From NCBI GenBank assembly GCA_964016885.1, contig OZ024747.1, positions 20,832,001-20,896,000 on the forward strand: a stretch of DNA of 64,000 nucleotides. The letters run 5' to 3'. Position numbers and translations under genes: made by a program. The notes below the pieces were generated by a model, which saw only the letters and a program-made list of their open reading frames with translations, did not search any database and was not told where the DNA came from. This DNA is from Eledone cirrhosa. Its lineage: Eukaryota. Positions 44,440 through 58,844 of this stretch are shown here, in pieces (the first letter of the stretch is position 1; the number at the start of each line of letters is the position of its first letter).

Positions 44440-44660
44440 GGCGCATGGATAGGTGGTTAGAATGTTGGCCTCGCAATCGCGCAGTTGTGAGTTCGATACC
44501 CGGACTGGGCGGTTCGTTGTGTCCTTGAGCAAGACACTTTATTCTTTCAGTTTAATAAACTGTACAAATGACTTGTGACGTCAGTGGTGCCAAGCTGTAT
44601 TGGCCTTTGATCTTCCGTTGGACAACTTCGGTGGTGTGGAGATGGGAGAGTAATATGTAT
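44440..44660 (+). mobile_element. tRNA-derived CORE-type SINE
   Basis: A box TGGATAGGTGG, B box GAGTTCGATACC and the CORE-like GTGTCCTTGAGCAAGACACTT. Confidence 0.7.
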
Positions 44661-44774
44661 GTGAGGCGAATTGATGACATCGTTAGGACTTTGATAGAAT
44701 GTTTTGAGGGTGGGGGGGGGCTCGATTTTCTACGCCCTCTGTATACAAATTAAGCCGAGTTAAACATTTCCTTT

Positions 44775-45380
44775 CAGGTCGATATAAATCTACATATTAA
44801 GTAATAGGATCGATTCTCCATTTATATCTCATTTTTTATTCCCTTCTTGAGAATAATGGGCTCTGCCAGGTTTAAGATGCACCTATCATTCATATCAAGG
44901 GTTACAGTTACATACATGATAGCTGCCCCCTCGTTATCGAGTATGGCCATTGCACAATATACCATTATTAATAATTATTAATTAATTCTATCGTGCAATG
45001 CCTGTGCGTGAAGATATTTTTTCAAGTGAGGAAAGACTGTGCACTGAGCCAATCCCACTCTCTGAGCGACAGTAGCTATAACCCGAAAAGAAGAAAAGAT
45101 CAACATCATTGGTAACTACTGAGCCACAGGTTTTATATCGGAGTTATCCCAGTTTCCTGAGTTGCCTTCTCCTAGAAGAATGCCCTGACAAAGGTTAGGG
45201 GTCCTTCACTCCCAGTGGTTTAACCGCGCGATCGGGTGTCTAGCCCAGCTATTTCTATGCCCCCGCGCATATACATACACATGCACCCATGTATATACAC
45301 ATATACATACATATGTACATGTGCATATACATATTTACACACTTTTGGATGGCCGTTGACTCTTATGTGTTCTTCCACCC
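44775..45380 (-). mobile_element. Family D non-coding retroposon-like copy (sister of family C)
   Basis: Reverse complement of 59367-59862 and 57333-57692. Contains CTAGGAGAAGGCAACTC. Confidence 0.75.
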
Positions 45381-45405
45381 TACATACATACATACATACA
45401 TACAT

Positions 45406-46012
45406 GGTGGCTGCCAACTCGTTTTCGAGTACGGCCACTACTTTATATCCATGCAGGAGAACCCCTACCGATGCGCTGAATGAGTGTGACTTTTTAGTCC
45501 AGCCAGCGACTTGAAAACTCTGGTACAAACACTATACTTGTGACAACCATTGACACATAGTGCTGGGCCCATGGTACCATGTGACGACTAGTGCAGAGAG
45601 ATCTCCAGATATAAAGCAATGCCTGTGCCGTGAAGCTTTTATAGTGAGCAAAGGCACTGCACAAAGCCAGTCCCACTCTCTTAACCAAGATGATATTTAC
45701 CAAAAAGAAGAACAAGTCAACATCATTGGATACCATCAGAGTTGCAGGTGTTATATCAGAGTTTTCCTTCTCCTAGAATTCTGCCTTGACAAAGGCTAAG
45801 GGGTCATATCTCCCAGTGATTTTGGATGGCCACTGACTCTTAAGAGCTCCTTTGCCCTTTGACAGGTTTTGTTTTTAGTCCTGCAGGATGTCCAAAGTCA
45901 CCCTCCTCACCAAGGAAACCTTGGTGGGGTTGCCAGTTTAGTCGCCAACGACCCGACCATGAGACAGGTTGTACTGGGATACATGTTACCAGTAGCACCA
46001 ACTGGTGACCTG
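45406..46012 (-). mobile_element. Family C ~605-bp non-coding element, copy 1, flanked by (CATA)n
   Basis: Four near-identical full-length copies share the same ends. The strand is inferred from the RTE-5'UTR-like GGCA..CTAGGAGAAGGAAAACTCTGA motif and the (ATGT)n tail. Confidence 0.8.
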
Positions 46013-46065
46013 ACATAATACATACATACATACATACATACATACATGCATGCATACATATATAC

Positions 46066-46336
46066 ATGTAAAACATTCCAAAAATGCTGCCTCTAATAAC
46101 TGCATATACACTTGTACAGATATAAAGCATATACACATACACACATACAATTTAAAACAGACACATCCACACATACAATAACATCCATACCTACACACAC
46201 ATGCTTGCATGCAAACATGCATACATATATACCTCGTTGATGTTGTGTAAATTCCAATGAGAGAGTCTTGTATCTATGTTAGAAACCGACTCTCTCTCTA
46301 TTGGCAAACATTTGTGAAATTATAAAACCAGAAGAA
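46066..46336 (+). mobile_element. R4/Dong family B, 3'-end-only copy
   Basis: Matches 53757-54009; (CATA)n on both sides. Confidence 0.85.
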
Positions 46337-46386
46337 CATACATACATACATACATACATACACACATACATACATACATACATACA

Positions 46387-49300
46387 ATGGCGACCGTTGT
46401 GGTCAGTGTCCGATAATTGGACGTGTGTAATTACGGCTTACATGAAGGCAACATACCATATATTGGAAAAAGTTGAGCTACATTACGCGGTAAGATTACA
46501 TACAATAATTCTACATAAGTGTTTGAACTGTAAGTGTGTTGTAAAACACCTATTTATATGAACGATACATACACTTATGATATATGAACGATACATACAC
46601 TTTAACATATAAATGCAACGTTGTTATATTACATTTATAAAGAAATATAAAAGTAACGTTTTCGATTCAGAAACAAAAATATAAGTGTTTGAACTGTGAA
46701 TGTTGTGAATATGTTGTAGAACACCTATTTATATGAATGATACATAAACTTTAACATATAAATACAGCATTGTTATATTATATTACATTCGTAAAGGAAT
46801 ATACTAAGTAACGGTTCTTTTTGTTCTCGATTCAAACGATTCAAGAACAACGTTTAAAACACAGTTGTAGAATTAAAAACTAACTGAAAAGAAATATTAC
46901 CCAAGCTGTGAATAACTTTAAATTTGATTCTGACAGAACTTTGTCGTAACTTTTAAAGAAGATCATCGACTATTTAAAAAAAATAAATACAAAATATTAG
47001 TGAATAGACGAACTCATCATGGCAAAAAGTACAAGTCTCCTTCGACCAAATCGCAATTACAACCGTTGTATACAGTGGAGCTACGAGCTTAACAAAGAAT
47101 TATATGAAGCATACAAACAATCTGAACCCCAAAAGTTCGGTTTTATGCAAAGGCTAAAAACTTTATGGAACTCCAAACACCCAGAATTAGACTTTTCTCC
47201 AAAGCATCTAAATGAACAGGCAAAACGTATCATTAGATGTAAATTGATACATCTAACGGAATCGAGTGATACTACAAATACAGCCCTTGTAGACAACCAC
47301 CCCACCTCCACTGACAGACAAAGAGAATGGCCGGCTAAATCTAACAGTGAACAGCTCACCAACAATTTTGCTGAAATCCATCCCACTTCCACTGAAGAAC
47401 AGCGAGAAAGGTCAGCTGACTCTAGTAGTAATTGTCACCACATCAACAACGAGGCTGCAATTCATGACTCTACTGAACAAACAGAGCACCAAAAACTTGT
47501 GGGCACCCTACAAGTGATATGGAACGATATGTTTCAAGAGATACACAGCCTTAATGTGAGTGACAGACCATACAACACTAGAGTCAGTAAAGAACCCACT
47601 AAATTGGAATTGGAAGCGGTGAACGAAATAGCTGGCAATTATCTGAAGGCTATACGATCTAAAGGTGTAGAAACGACATTTGAAACGCTCAATGTTTTGT
47701 TATATGTTTCAGCTGTCACATTGCTATCATATAACACACATCTAAAACCACGCAATCAAGATACAAACAGAAAGCCTGAACCAGCGTGGATGCGAAATTT
47801 AAAAACCAAAATTTTGTCCCTGAGACGAAGTATCTCACACATCGCAGTCGTTATGAAATGCAACATAGAGAGAAACTTCACACGACACCAGGAAGACCTA
47901 AAGAAAAAGTTAGAGAGACGATTTGGAGATACCAAATTTAAAACTTTGAACTCCAAATTACACCAGTTGAAACAACAACTCACAGCTACAACAGAAAGAC
48001 TAAAATATAAGTCAACAGCCCATAAACGACAAGTGCTAAATAGATTGTTTGCCAGAGATCCTAAATCAGTTTATCGCAGCTTCGGTGGCAAAAGCTCAAT
48101 CCCTGTAAACGACACCCCTTCAAAAGAACAGGTTGAGAACTACTGGAGATCTGTATGGGAAACGGATGACGGATTCAACAGACAAGCTAATTGGCTAAAA
48201 CAACTGGAACAGGACTACTGCCAACATGTCCAGACAAAACAATATGACATAGATGGGTCAATACTGGAAACAGCTCTACAGAAAATGTCGAATAGGAAAT
48301 CGCCAGGCCCAGACCTCATTACAGGATACTGGTTGAAGAATTTCACTTTCTATCGGCAAGATCTCATACGGCTGTTTACAGAAACCATTAAGGGCACACA
48401 AGAACTGCCCAGATGGTTATCAACTGCCACTACTCTCCTCATTCCCAAAAATAGCCAAACCACCCTTGCTAAAAATTACCGCCCAATTGCCTGCCAAAAC
48501 ATCATGTATAAATTATATACTGGGTGCCTTAACCTGTTCTTACAGGATCACTGTGCTACCAACAACATCATAACACCTGAGCAAGCTGGTGGAAAGAGGG
48601 AGGTGTGGGGTTGCATAGATCACCTACTAACTAACAAAATGATTCAGGAAAAAACAACAAAGAATCGCAGAAACATGACTGTCGTGTGGCTGGACTATCA
48701 AAAAGCATTTGATAGTGTACCTCATGGGTGGATTATTAAGGCTTTACAGTTAGCTAAAGTCCCACAACCATTAGTAGCTGCTGTTGAACGCCTGACCAAG
48801 AACTGGTACACCAATTTGATCCTTAGAGGTGAGAAGGAGCAGGTTAAGACTGATAGGATACATTACCAGAAGGGCATCTTTCAGGGTGATAGCTTGTCAG
48901 TACTACTCTTCGTTCTCTCACTGAATCCACTATCTTACCTACTCAGGAAACAAGGTGGACAAAGAAGTGGGCCCAGAAGTATCTCCCATCTTTTCTTTGT
49001 TGATGACCTGAAGTTGTATGGGCCAAATATCAATGACATCAAGAAACAATTGGACCTCATTACACAATTTTCAACCGACATCAAAATGAAATTTGGTGAG
49101 TCCAAGTGTGCATATTTGGCAGTAAAACGTGGAAGAGCTGTGCCCTCCTCTAGAAATCTAGATATGAACGGCCTGACAATACAACCTCTGCAGTCAGGTG
49201 ACAACTACAGATATCTTGGACAGGATGAGAATGTCAGATATGATGGACCCATAAATAAGGAGAGAACCAGAACTGAATACCTCAGAAGAGTAAAAAAAAT

Positions 49301-50609
49301 ATGGTCATCAGAACTGTCAGCATACAACAAATACATTGCCCACAATACCTATGCTGTGCCAATTATAACGCCAACATTTGGCCTACTGAACTGGTCATTG
49401 CAAGAACTAAGTGAGATGGATGTTAGAACTCGTAAACTTCTCAGTGTTACTGGGAACTTTAACATCAATGGTGATGTGGATAGGCTATACTTCTCACGCA
49501 AGGAAGGTGGCCGGGGTCTAAAATCAATATTAACAACATATGGGACCCGGATAGTAACACTGAAGCAACACCTTCAACAGAGGAAAAAGGTTGGCGACCA
49601 TCTTGCTCAGGTTTATGAGCATGAAAAAAGAAATATCATTAGAATAGCGACTGATCTGGAGGAGAGATATGGAATAAAGCCTGATATAAATCTCTCACCC
49701 AGAGAAATCGGAAGATCCTATTCAATGTTCAAACAAGAAAAAAAAATTGACCAATTTACAGAGAAAGTTGTGCATGGATACTTGAGGCGTAAAACACAGA
49801 CCATAGAGGGGATAAACCACTCAAAAAGCCTGGCATGGAGTTCCGACAAGTTTATGACATCACACCTTGAGGGATATCTCTATGCAATACAGGAACAAGA
49901 ACTCCCTACCAAATATCTGCTGCACAAAAGAGGAGGGCCAGCAGCTGACAATAAATGTAGGCTATGTAAAACAAAGATCGAGGATGTAAGCCACATTGTT
50001 GCCAGCTGCGAAAGAATGTCATCTCGCTACTACCTCCCCATGAGACACGATGGGATAGCTAGAACTATCTGGAACGCACTTCGGAAAACAAAATTAACAA
50101 CAAACGAGGAAGAATATATTGAGACAGATGGCACTAAGGAATACTGGTGGAACCTGAAAATAAAAACTGCCACCAAATTAAAGCACAACCGGCCTGATAT
50201 TGTAGTTTGGGACCACACATTGAAAACGTGTTCTGTTGTGGAGATCAGCTGCCCACTTGATGTAAACGTTGTCAGAAAAATACAGGAGAAGGAGGACATC
50301 TACGGACCATTGATGAGGAGCTTACAAATCCAGTATCCAAGATACACCTTTAGCTTCATACCCATCATTATTGGTGCTACGGGTTATATACCAACCCGCT
50401 TGGACCAGAGTATGACCGAACTTGGATTTGCGGACAAAAAGCGCAGCTCCCTAATTCATAGTCTACAAATGGCTGCGATAGCTGGCACCTTCAAAATATG
50501 CAAAACATTCTTGCGATTCAAGGGATGACAATTTCTTTTCTTTTACAACCTTGCCACCAGGAAGGTGGCCGGTCAAAAAAATATACTCGAAATTAAGAGA
50601 AAGAGAAAA
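46387..50609 (+). mobile_element. R4/Dong-type RLE non-LTR retrotransposon, family A (5' boundary uncertain)
   Basis: Single long ORF and an 81-nt 3' UTR joined to (CATA)n; (CATA)n also lies upstream of 46387. Confidence 0.85.
47019..50528 (+). CDS. Intact 1169-aa reverse transcriptase / CCHC / restriction-like endonuclease protein
   Basis: RT motifs [42 protein letters not shown] and YRYLG; zinc knuckle [18 protein letters not shown]; RHD; RLE motif [16 protein letters not shown]; R4-like N-terminal W-rich domain. Confidence 0.95.
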   Translation: MAKSTSLLRPNRNYNRCIQWSYELNKELYEAYKQSEPQKFGFMQRLKTLWNSKHPELDFSPKHLNEQAKRIIRCKLIHLTESSDTTNTALVDNHPTSTDRQREWPAKSNSEQLTNNFAEIHPTSTEEQRERSADSSSNCHHINNEAAIHDSTEQTEHQKLVGTLQVIWNDMFQEIHSLNVSDRPYNTRVSKEPTKLELEAVNEIAGNYLKAIRSKGVETTFETLNVLLYVSAVTLLSYNTHLKPRNQDTNRKPEPAWMRNLKTKILSLRRSISHIAVVMKCNIERNFTRHQEDLKKKLERRFGDTKFKTLNSKLHQLKQQLTATTERLKYKSTAHKRQVLNRLFARDPKSVYRSFGGKSSIPVNDTPSKEQVENYWRSVWETDDGFNRQANWLKQLEQDYCQHVQTKQYDIDGSILETALQKMSNRKSPGPDLITGYWLKNFTFYRQDLIRLFTETIKGTQELPRWLSTATTLLIPKNSQTTLAKNYRPIACQNIMYKLYTGCLNLFLQDHCATNNIITPEQAGGKREVWGCIDHLLTNKMIQEKTTKNRRNMTVVWLDYQKAFDSVPHGWIIKALQLAKVPQPLVAAVERLTKNWYTNLILRGEKEQVKTDRIHYQKGIFQGDSLSVLLFVLSLNPLSYLLRKQGGQRSGPRSISHLFFVDDLKLYGPNINDIKKQLDLITQFSTDIKMKFGESKCAYLAVKRGRAVPSSRNLDMNGLTIQPLQSGDNYRYLGQDENVRYDGPINKERTRTEYLRRVKKIWSSELSAYNKYIAHNTYAVPIITPTFGLLNWSLQELSEMDVRTRKLLSVTGNFNINGDVDRLYFSRKEGGRGLKSILTTYGTRIVTLKQHLQQRKKVGDHLAQVYEHEKRNIIRIATDLEERYGIKPDINLSPREIGRSYSMFKQEKKIDQFTEKVVHGYLRRKTQTIEGINHSKSLAWSSDKFMTSHLEGYLYAIQEQELPTKYLLHKRGGPAADNKCRLCKTKIEDVSHIVASCERMSSRYYLPMRHDGIARTIWNALRKTKLTTNEEEYIETDGTKEYWWNLKIKTATKLKHNRPDIVVWDHTLKTCSVVEISCPLDVNVVRKIQEKEDIYGPLMRSLQIQYPRYTFSFIPIIIGATGYIPTRLDQSMTELGFADKKRSSLIHSLQMAAIAGTFKICKTFLRFKG

Positions 50610-50676
50610 CATACATACATACATACATACATACATACATACATACATACATACATACATACATACATACATACAT

Positions 50677-51279
50677 GGTGGCTGCCAACTCGTTTTCGAG
50701 TACGGCCACTACTTTATATCCATGTAGGAGAACTCCTACCGATGCGCTAAACAAGTGTGACTTTTAGTCCAGCCAGCGACTTGAAAACTCTGGTACAAAC
50801 ACTACACCTGTGACAATTATTGACACATAGTGTTGGGCCCTTGGTACCATGTGACGACAAGTGTAGAGAGATCTCCAGATATAAAGCAATACCTGTGCCG
50901 TGAAGCTTTTATAGTGAGCAAAGGCACTGCACAAAGCCAGTCCCACTCTCTTAACCCAAGATGATATTTACCAAAAAGAAGAATAAGTCAACATCATTGG
51001 ATACCATCAGGGTTGCAGGTGTTATATCAGAGTTTTCCTTCTCATAGAATTCTGCCTTGACAAAGGCTAAGGGGTCATCTCTCCCGGTGATTTTGGATGG
51101 CCATTGACTCTTAAGAGCTCCTTTGCCAGGTTTTGTTTTTAGTCCTGCAGGATGTCCAAAGTCACCCTCCTCACCAAGAAACCTTGGTGGGGTTGCCAGT
51201 TTAGTCACCAACGACCCGACCATGGGACAGGTTGTACTGGGATACATGTTACCAGTAGCACCAACTGGTGACCTGACTG
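50677..51279 (-). mobile_element. Family C copy 2
   Basis: Near-identical to 45406-46012; (CATA)n flanks. Confidence 0.8.
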
Positions 51280-51350
51280 ACATACATACATACATACATA
51301 CATACATACATACATACATACATACATACATACATACATACATACATACA

Positions 51351-51423
51351 AGTCTTGTGTCTATGTTAGAAACGGACTCTCTCTCTATTGGTAAAAATTT
51401 GTGAAATTATAAAACCAGAAGAA
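51351..51423 (+). mobile_element. R4/Dong family B, 73-bp 3' stub
   Basis: Matches the last ~70 nt of 52141-54009; pure (CATA)n on both sides. Confidence 0.85.
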
Positions 51424-51446
51424 CATACATACATACATACATACAT

Positions 51447-52051
51447 GGTGGCTGCCAACTCGTTTTGGAGTACGGCCACTATTTTATATCCATGTAGGAG
51501 AACCCCTACCGATACGCTGAAGGAGTGTGACGTTTTAGTCCAGCCAGCGATTTGAAAACTCTGGTACAAACACTACACTTGTGACAATTATTGACACATA
51601 GTGCTGGGCCCATGGTACCATGTGACGACAAGTGCAGAGACATCTCCAGATATAAAGCAATGCCTGTGCCGTGAAGCTTTTATAGTGAGCAAAGGCACTG
51701 CACAAAGCCAGTCCCACTCTCTTAACCAAGATGATATTTACCAAAAAGAAGAACAAGTCAACATCATTGGATACCATCAGTGTTGCAGGTGTTATATCAG
51801 AGTTTTCCTTCTCCTAGAATTCTGCCTTGACAAAGGCTAAGGGTCATCTCTCCCGGTGATTTTGGATGGCCATTGACTCTTAAGAGCTCCTTTGGCCTTT
51901 GACAGGTTTTGTTTTTAGTCCTGCAGGATGTCCAAAGTCACCCTCCTCACCAAGAAACCTTGGTGGGGTTGCCAGTTTAGTCGCCAACGACCCGACCATG
52001 AGACAGGTTGTATTGGGATACATGTTACCAGTAGCACCAACTGGTGATCTG
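51447..52051 (-). mobile_element. Family C copy 3
   Basis: Near-identical to 45406-46012; (CATA)n flanks. Confidence 0.8.
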
Positions 52052-52140
52052 ACATACATACATACATACATACATACATACATACATACATACATACATA
52101 CATACATACATACATACATACATACGTACATACATACATA

Positions 52141-54009
52141 TTTGTCATTAAACTCCTTGTCCTTTCTGCTCAAGAAATGTGAGGGATACATCATTGGCTC
52201 ACAGGAGGACAGAAATACAAACCTAACCCATAATTTCTTTGTGGACGATATGAAACTCTATGCCAAGAACATGGATGGGATGAAGAAAAATCTTGACCTG
52301 GTTACAACGCTCTCAAGGGATATAGGAATGGAGTTTGGCCAAGATAAATGCTCATACATGACTGTAAAGCAAGGAAAAACAACAACCCAATCTAGCAACA
52401 TAGTCATCAATGGCCTAACTGTTTCACCGATATCTGATGAGGACTGCTACAGATACCTGGGGATAGATGAGAACATATCCTATAATGGTATCTGTAATAA
52501 AGAACGCGTAACCAAGGAATACTACTGGTCATCGGAATTCTCTGCGCAAAACAAAACAGTGGCTCACAATGTGTTTGCTGTGCCTGTCCTAACACCAACG
52601 TTTGCAATACTCAATTGGACGATAGACGAAATCCGAGCAGTTGATGTTGTTGGAACTCGAAAAATACTGAACAACACCGGAAACTTCCACATCAACAGTG
52701 ACATAGACCGCCTTTACTTGAAACGTAAGCAGGGAGGCAGAGGCCTAACATCAGTCCAGACAACATTTGAATGTCGCATCATATCTCTCCGACAACATCT
52801 ACGAACCTCGAAGCGTAGGAGCCCGTTTCTCGAGCAAGTCTATCTGCATGAAACAGATAAGATCATGAGAGTTGGGAAGGAACTCCTCGAGCGATATTCC
52901 CTGTGTGATAATCAAAAACTCACACCCAGGGATGTCGCTCAGCAGTATCGCAGTGAATCCATGGATGAAAAACCGCATGCCTATCAGCAAAAACTCATGC
53001 ATGGATATGTTGCCAGGAAGCTCCAGAGTGAGAGTAATATAAATAAGGAAAGTAGTCTATCTTGGACCAACAACCGCTATATTGGCTCCCACTTTGAAGG
53101 ATACGCTTTTGCAATCCAGGAACAGGAGATAGCACGAAATACCTGATTCACAAAAGAGATAGGGATGCAGGCAAAACACCTAGATATGATAACAAGCGCA
53201 GACTCTGCAGAACTAACATCGAGGATATCACCCATGTCATCAGCAGCTGTCCAAAGATGTCTACGCGGTACTATCGACATATGAAGCATGATGTAGTGGC
53301 CAAAACACTGTACAATGCAGTTCGTAAAAAGGATAGCCCCGATAATAAACACATTAAAAGCTACAGTATTGTGGAAGACATCCATGTACATAATATGAAA
53401 GAGTACTGGTGGAATGTTCCAGTAAAAACCAATAAAATGCAGGCATAACAGACCAGATATTATGATATGGGACAGGGAGAAGAGAGCATGCACAGTAGTG
53501 GAAATTAGCTGCCCAGCAGATGCCAATATAATATCAAAGATTAGTGAAAAGGAGAATATTTATGCAGAACTGATGAGAAATCTGCAGATACTCCGCCCTG
53601 ATTACACCTTCAGATTTATGCCTGTGATTATTGGGGCACTGGGATATGTTAGTAACTGCCTCAATACAAATCTTGAAAAGCTAGGCTTCACAGGAACAGA
53701 AAGAACACAACTAGTTAGGAAATTACAAGTACAATCCATTAATGGAACAGTAAAAATATGTAAGACATTCCAAAAATGTTGCATCTAATAACTGCATATA
53801 CACATATACAGATGCAAAGCATATACACATGTACACATTCAACTCAAAACATACACATCCACACATACAATAACATCCATATCTACACATGCACGCATAC
53901 ATACCTACCTAGTTGAAGTTGTGTAAATTCCAATGAGAGAGTCTTGTGTCTATGTTAGAAACCGACTCTCTCTCTATTGGTAAAACTTTGTGAAATTATA
54001 AAACCAGAA
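52141..54009 (+). pseudogene. R4/Dong family B, 5'-truncated and frameshifted RT-CCHC-RLE copy
   Basis: Begins mid-RT (LSLNSLSFLL..FFVDDMKLY..YRYLG), with frameshifts near 53140 and 53430, RPDIMIWD..VEISCP, a stop at 53788 and a ~220-nt 3' UTR; (CATA)n flanks. Confidence 0.92.
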
Positions 54010-54255
54010 CATACATACATACTTATATTTATATAAAATTAAAACAAATACAAAATTGTTTCTTGCTTTATTTTTCATTTAATACACTTTATTAAATATA
54101 AATGTATTTTTCATCCCCAAAAAAATTTTGGAAGATTTTATATATGGGGTGCGGGAGAGGAGGGGGGGGGGGGGGGGGGGGCACCGAAATATGTTAAGTG
54201 CTTGGAGCCTACCGTCTCTAGCCCACCTCCCCCGTCAACGATCGCCACACATTTC

Positions 54256-54341
<86 letters not shown>

Positions 54342-55257
54342 GTAGATAGATATTTATATGTATATATATGTATATATAAATATATATATGTGTGTGTGTG
54401 TATTTCAGTAGCCAATTTATATATCTTACCCTGCAGTGTACTTTTAAAGCTGAAACTAACAGTAGTGCAGTTTATATTTCTAATTTCATTGTGTATATGT
54501 ATGTTTGTATATGTATAAGTGTGTTGGTGTGTTGCTCATGAACCATTTGTGTATGTGTTTATGTATGTATGAATGTATCTGAGGCTCTATATGTTTTTTT
54601 AATGTGTGTTCTAACCTGTACCTCTTGTTTTAAATGGTGGAGCTGTAGGAGATGGTAAGAATGGTGTATAAGAGGATATTGGGATCGTGTTTAACTGTGA
54701 ATGACACAACTGAGATAAAACAGATTCTAGGTCTAATTAACCTACAACTATAAATGCATAGAGCTCTGTATATACACATAGAAACATACGGACGTGTAGA
54801 GACAAACATATACAGACACCCGAATATACATAGAAATACACAATGAATTCTCTATTATCATAAAAATGAAGTCTTACTGGGTTTTTTCTTCTTGTTTTTT
54901 TCATACTCCTGAATAGAGTAACTAATGCTTCATTCATGTGTGATTATATGGTTATGTGTATATACGTGTAGCTACCTGAGTGTGTCTGTGTACGTAAGTT
55001 AATTTGTATGTGTGTGTGTGTGTGCGTTTAACTATATGTAGGTGTTTGAGTAGGGACACAGATGGTAAAAAATCCCCATTCTACACTGCCCCCACTCTTT
55101 ATCCTTCAATTGCTCTCTGACACATGGTTTCTCTCAAATGAATATCAGGTTCGTTTCGTCTCAGTTTATATCAGCAGTATATATTGTTAACAGCCTTAGA
55201 CATACTAAGATATAGATATGGATTTCATCCAACTATTATTTATATACACAGACAAAT

Positions 55258-55383
<126 letters not shown>

Positions 55384-55485
55384 GGAAAAAATGAAACGAA
55401 ATTTCATTTCTCACTCTTAGTACGGCTGTTACTTAAATATAAGTATGTATACGTACATACATATATATGTATGTACGTATACATA

Positions 55486-55548
<63 letters not shown>

Positions 55549-55553
<5 letters not shown>

Positions 55554-55733
55554 AACGAGTAGGACCCCGACGGCTGAGCTCAAGCAGTTTCGACGGCTAA
55601 TTCTGGACCAAGAATTAGCCGTCGAAAGGGCTTGAGCTCAGCCGTCGGGGTCCTACTCGTTCCTATTACCCACTCTACTACCCTAAGTATTGAGTACTTT
55701 GGTGCGTTATGGTTCCTTACCACATTTCCTTCG

Positions 55734-55735
<2 letters not shown>
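55549..55735 (+). mobile_element. Family E, second full palindromic copy in (TA)n
   Basis: Arms at 55549-55604 and 55611-55666 with a 6-nt spacer and the same tail. Confidence 0.8.
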
Positions 55736-55796
<61 letters not shown>

Positions 55797-55868
55797 TATA
55801 TATATATATATATATATACTTACATATATACATATATATATATATGTGTGTGTGTGTGTATTTGTCTG

Positions 55869-55915
<47 letters not shown>

Positions 55916-56250
55916 GTTTGTCTGTGTGTGTACACGTACACACACAGAGACACAAATATATATTATATGGATGTAACTAAGACAAAAGAGAATTGAAAAT
56001 TAATTCAACCCATATATTGAAAGAAAAATATGTACAATAAAGGCAGTCTCTGGGGATGTGTTTCAGACTGTTAAACGTACAGAAACCTGTGATGACTTAA
56101 AGCGTTCTTCATTGCTAATGTAAAACTACTCACAATTTATGAGGCTACTTAAATACATCGTGTAAGCCGATATACCAAATAAACTTTTGTGATAGTAATG
56201 TCGTTGTACCGCTAGCGCTGGAGAATTCTGGCATTCTTGCTCCCTAAACC

Positions 56251-56400
56251 AGGAAGCTGGCAAATCATGTCTGGTCCCGCAAAGATGCCACTGTGGATTT
56301 CTCCATTAAATGGAATATCTTGGAAAAATCAAGTGCTTACTTCAACTGTAAAAATACATGTAAAATGTGCAACAATGAACGCTGGAACATCTTAATACGG
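56251..56400 (+). pseudogene. Penelope-like (Naiad-type) GIY-YIG endonuclease C-terminal remnant
   Basis: KLANHVWSRKDATVDFSIKWNILEKSSAY..TCKMCNNERWNIL fits the L..H.W..KD..F.IKW.I..Y..CxxC..E..I pattern. Confidence 0.65.
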
Positions 56401-57020
56401 TTACATACTATAAAAATATGCCTATATGTGCTTAAATATATCCCTCATAATTGGAAATACCCTGGAAAACATCTAGCCACAAACCACAACTTGGTACTTA
56501 CTGTTATAAAACTTTCCCATCTGTAATATCTTTGTAACACACCAAACACGAAAAGAGAAACAATAACCTCTCTACGAAGTTCTAACCTCTATTGTAGCTA
56601 TCTAGCACCTAAGAAACCTTTGAGATAAAACCCCCACTAAATCTTTCCAATGTACATAATCGATTTTCAAACCTGAAGTTGCTTCCATTTTGCACAAGTC
56701 TAATTTAGAGTTATTCTCTTTTATCTAACTTACAATCGACCACCCACCCTCAGTTTTCTCCCCTTCTATAAGAACTCGTAGAAATTTAATGCTCACATCT
56801 ATAACAAATATGTCGAACTCTCGAACTACGGAAATAACAACTTCCCCAGCGAAACCGGCATATTCGACGGCTGAAAAGGTGGATTTAACCATATTCTGTA
56901 TATTACAACTTATCACTCGGACTGAGGATTCTAGCAACTTTGGATATAAATTTTTTTTATACGAAATTCCCTACATTTTATATGTATGCATAATCTACGT
57001 GCATATAAACATGTGTGTAT

Positions 57021-57692
<672 letters not shown>

Positions 57693-57749
57693 ATATATAC
57701 ATATGTAATATATATAAATAGTGTGTGTGTGTATGTATATATATATATG

Positions 57750-57782
<33 letters not shown>

Positions 57783-58238
57783 GTGTGTGTGTGGGTGTGT
57801 GTGGGTGTGTGTGGGTGTGTGTGTGTGCGTGTGTGTGTGTGTGTGTGTGTATGTGTGTGTGTGTGACGCAGCACCGAAAATCCAATGAAAAGAATCTATA
57901 TTTATTGACTGTATGAATTAGAGAGATGAGTTGAGACCTGATAGCCTGATGTTTCCTGATTACTGGATTAAATGATGTGATGTGAATGGTTATCAACAAT
58001 ACAGTGCAGCATAATATGCACTATAAATTGATACGTCGCTATATGTAACCACATACACATACATACACATGCACACCCATCCGCACAGGCACACACACAC
58101 ATACATCTAAACATTTCTATTTATGTGTGTACGTATGTACGTATCTACATACATACACACATACATACATACATACATACATACATACATACATACATAC
58201 ATACATACATACATACATACATACATACATACATACAT

Positions 58239-58844
58239 GGTGGCTGCCAACTCGTTTTCGAGTACGACCACTACTTTATATCCATGTAGGAGAACCCCTA
58301 CTGATGCGCTGAACAAGTGTAACTTTTTAGTCCAGCCAGCGACTTGAAAACTCTGATACAAACACTACACTTGTGACAATTATTGACACATAGTGCTGGG
58401 CCCATGGTACCTTGTGATGACAAGTGCAGAGAGATCTCCAGATATAAAGCAATGCCTGTGCTGTGAAGTTTTTATAGTGAGCAAAGGCACTGCACAAAGC
58501 CAGTCCCACTCTCTTAACCAAGATGATATTTACCAAAAAGAAGAACAAGTCAACATCATTGGATACCATCAGGGTTGCAGGTGTTATATCAGAGTGTTCC
58601 TTCTCCTAGAATTCTGCCTTGACAATGGCTAAGGGGTCATCTCCCCCGGTGATTTTGGATGGCCATTGACTCTTAAGAGCTCCTTTGCCCTTTGACAGGT
58701 TTTGTTTTTAGTCCTGCAGGATGTCCAAAGTCACCCTCCTCACCAAGAAACCTTGGTGGGGTTGCCAATTTAGTCGCCAACGACCCGACCATGAGACAGT
58801 TTGTACTGGGATACATGTTACCAGTAGCACCAACTGGTGACCTG
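58239..58844 (-). mobile_element. Family C copy 4 (solitary)
   Basis: Near-identical to the other copies; (CATA)n flanks. Confidence 0.8.

Noticed and set aside
51899-52140. N-terminus of the 415-aa ORF as a real fusion protein
   Set aside because: Chance read-through from family C across (CATA)n into a truncated, frameshifted RT.
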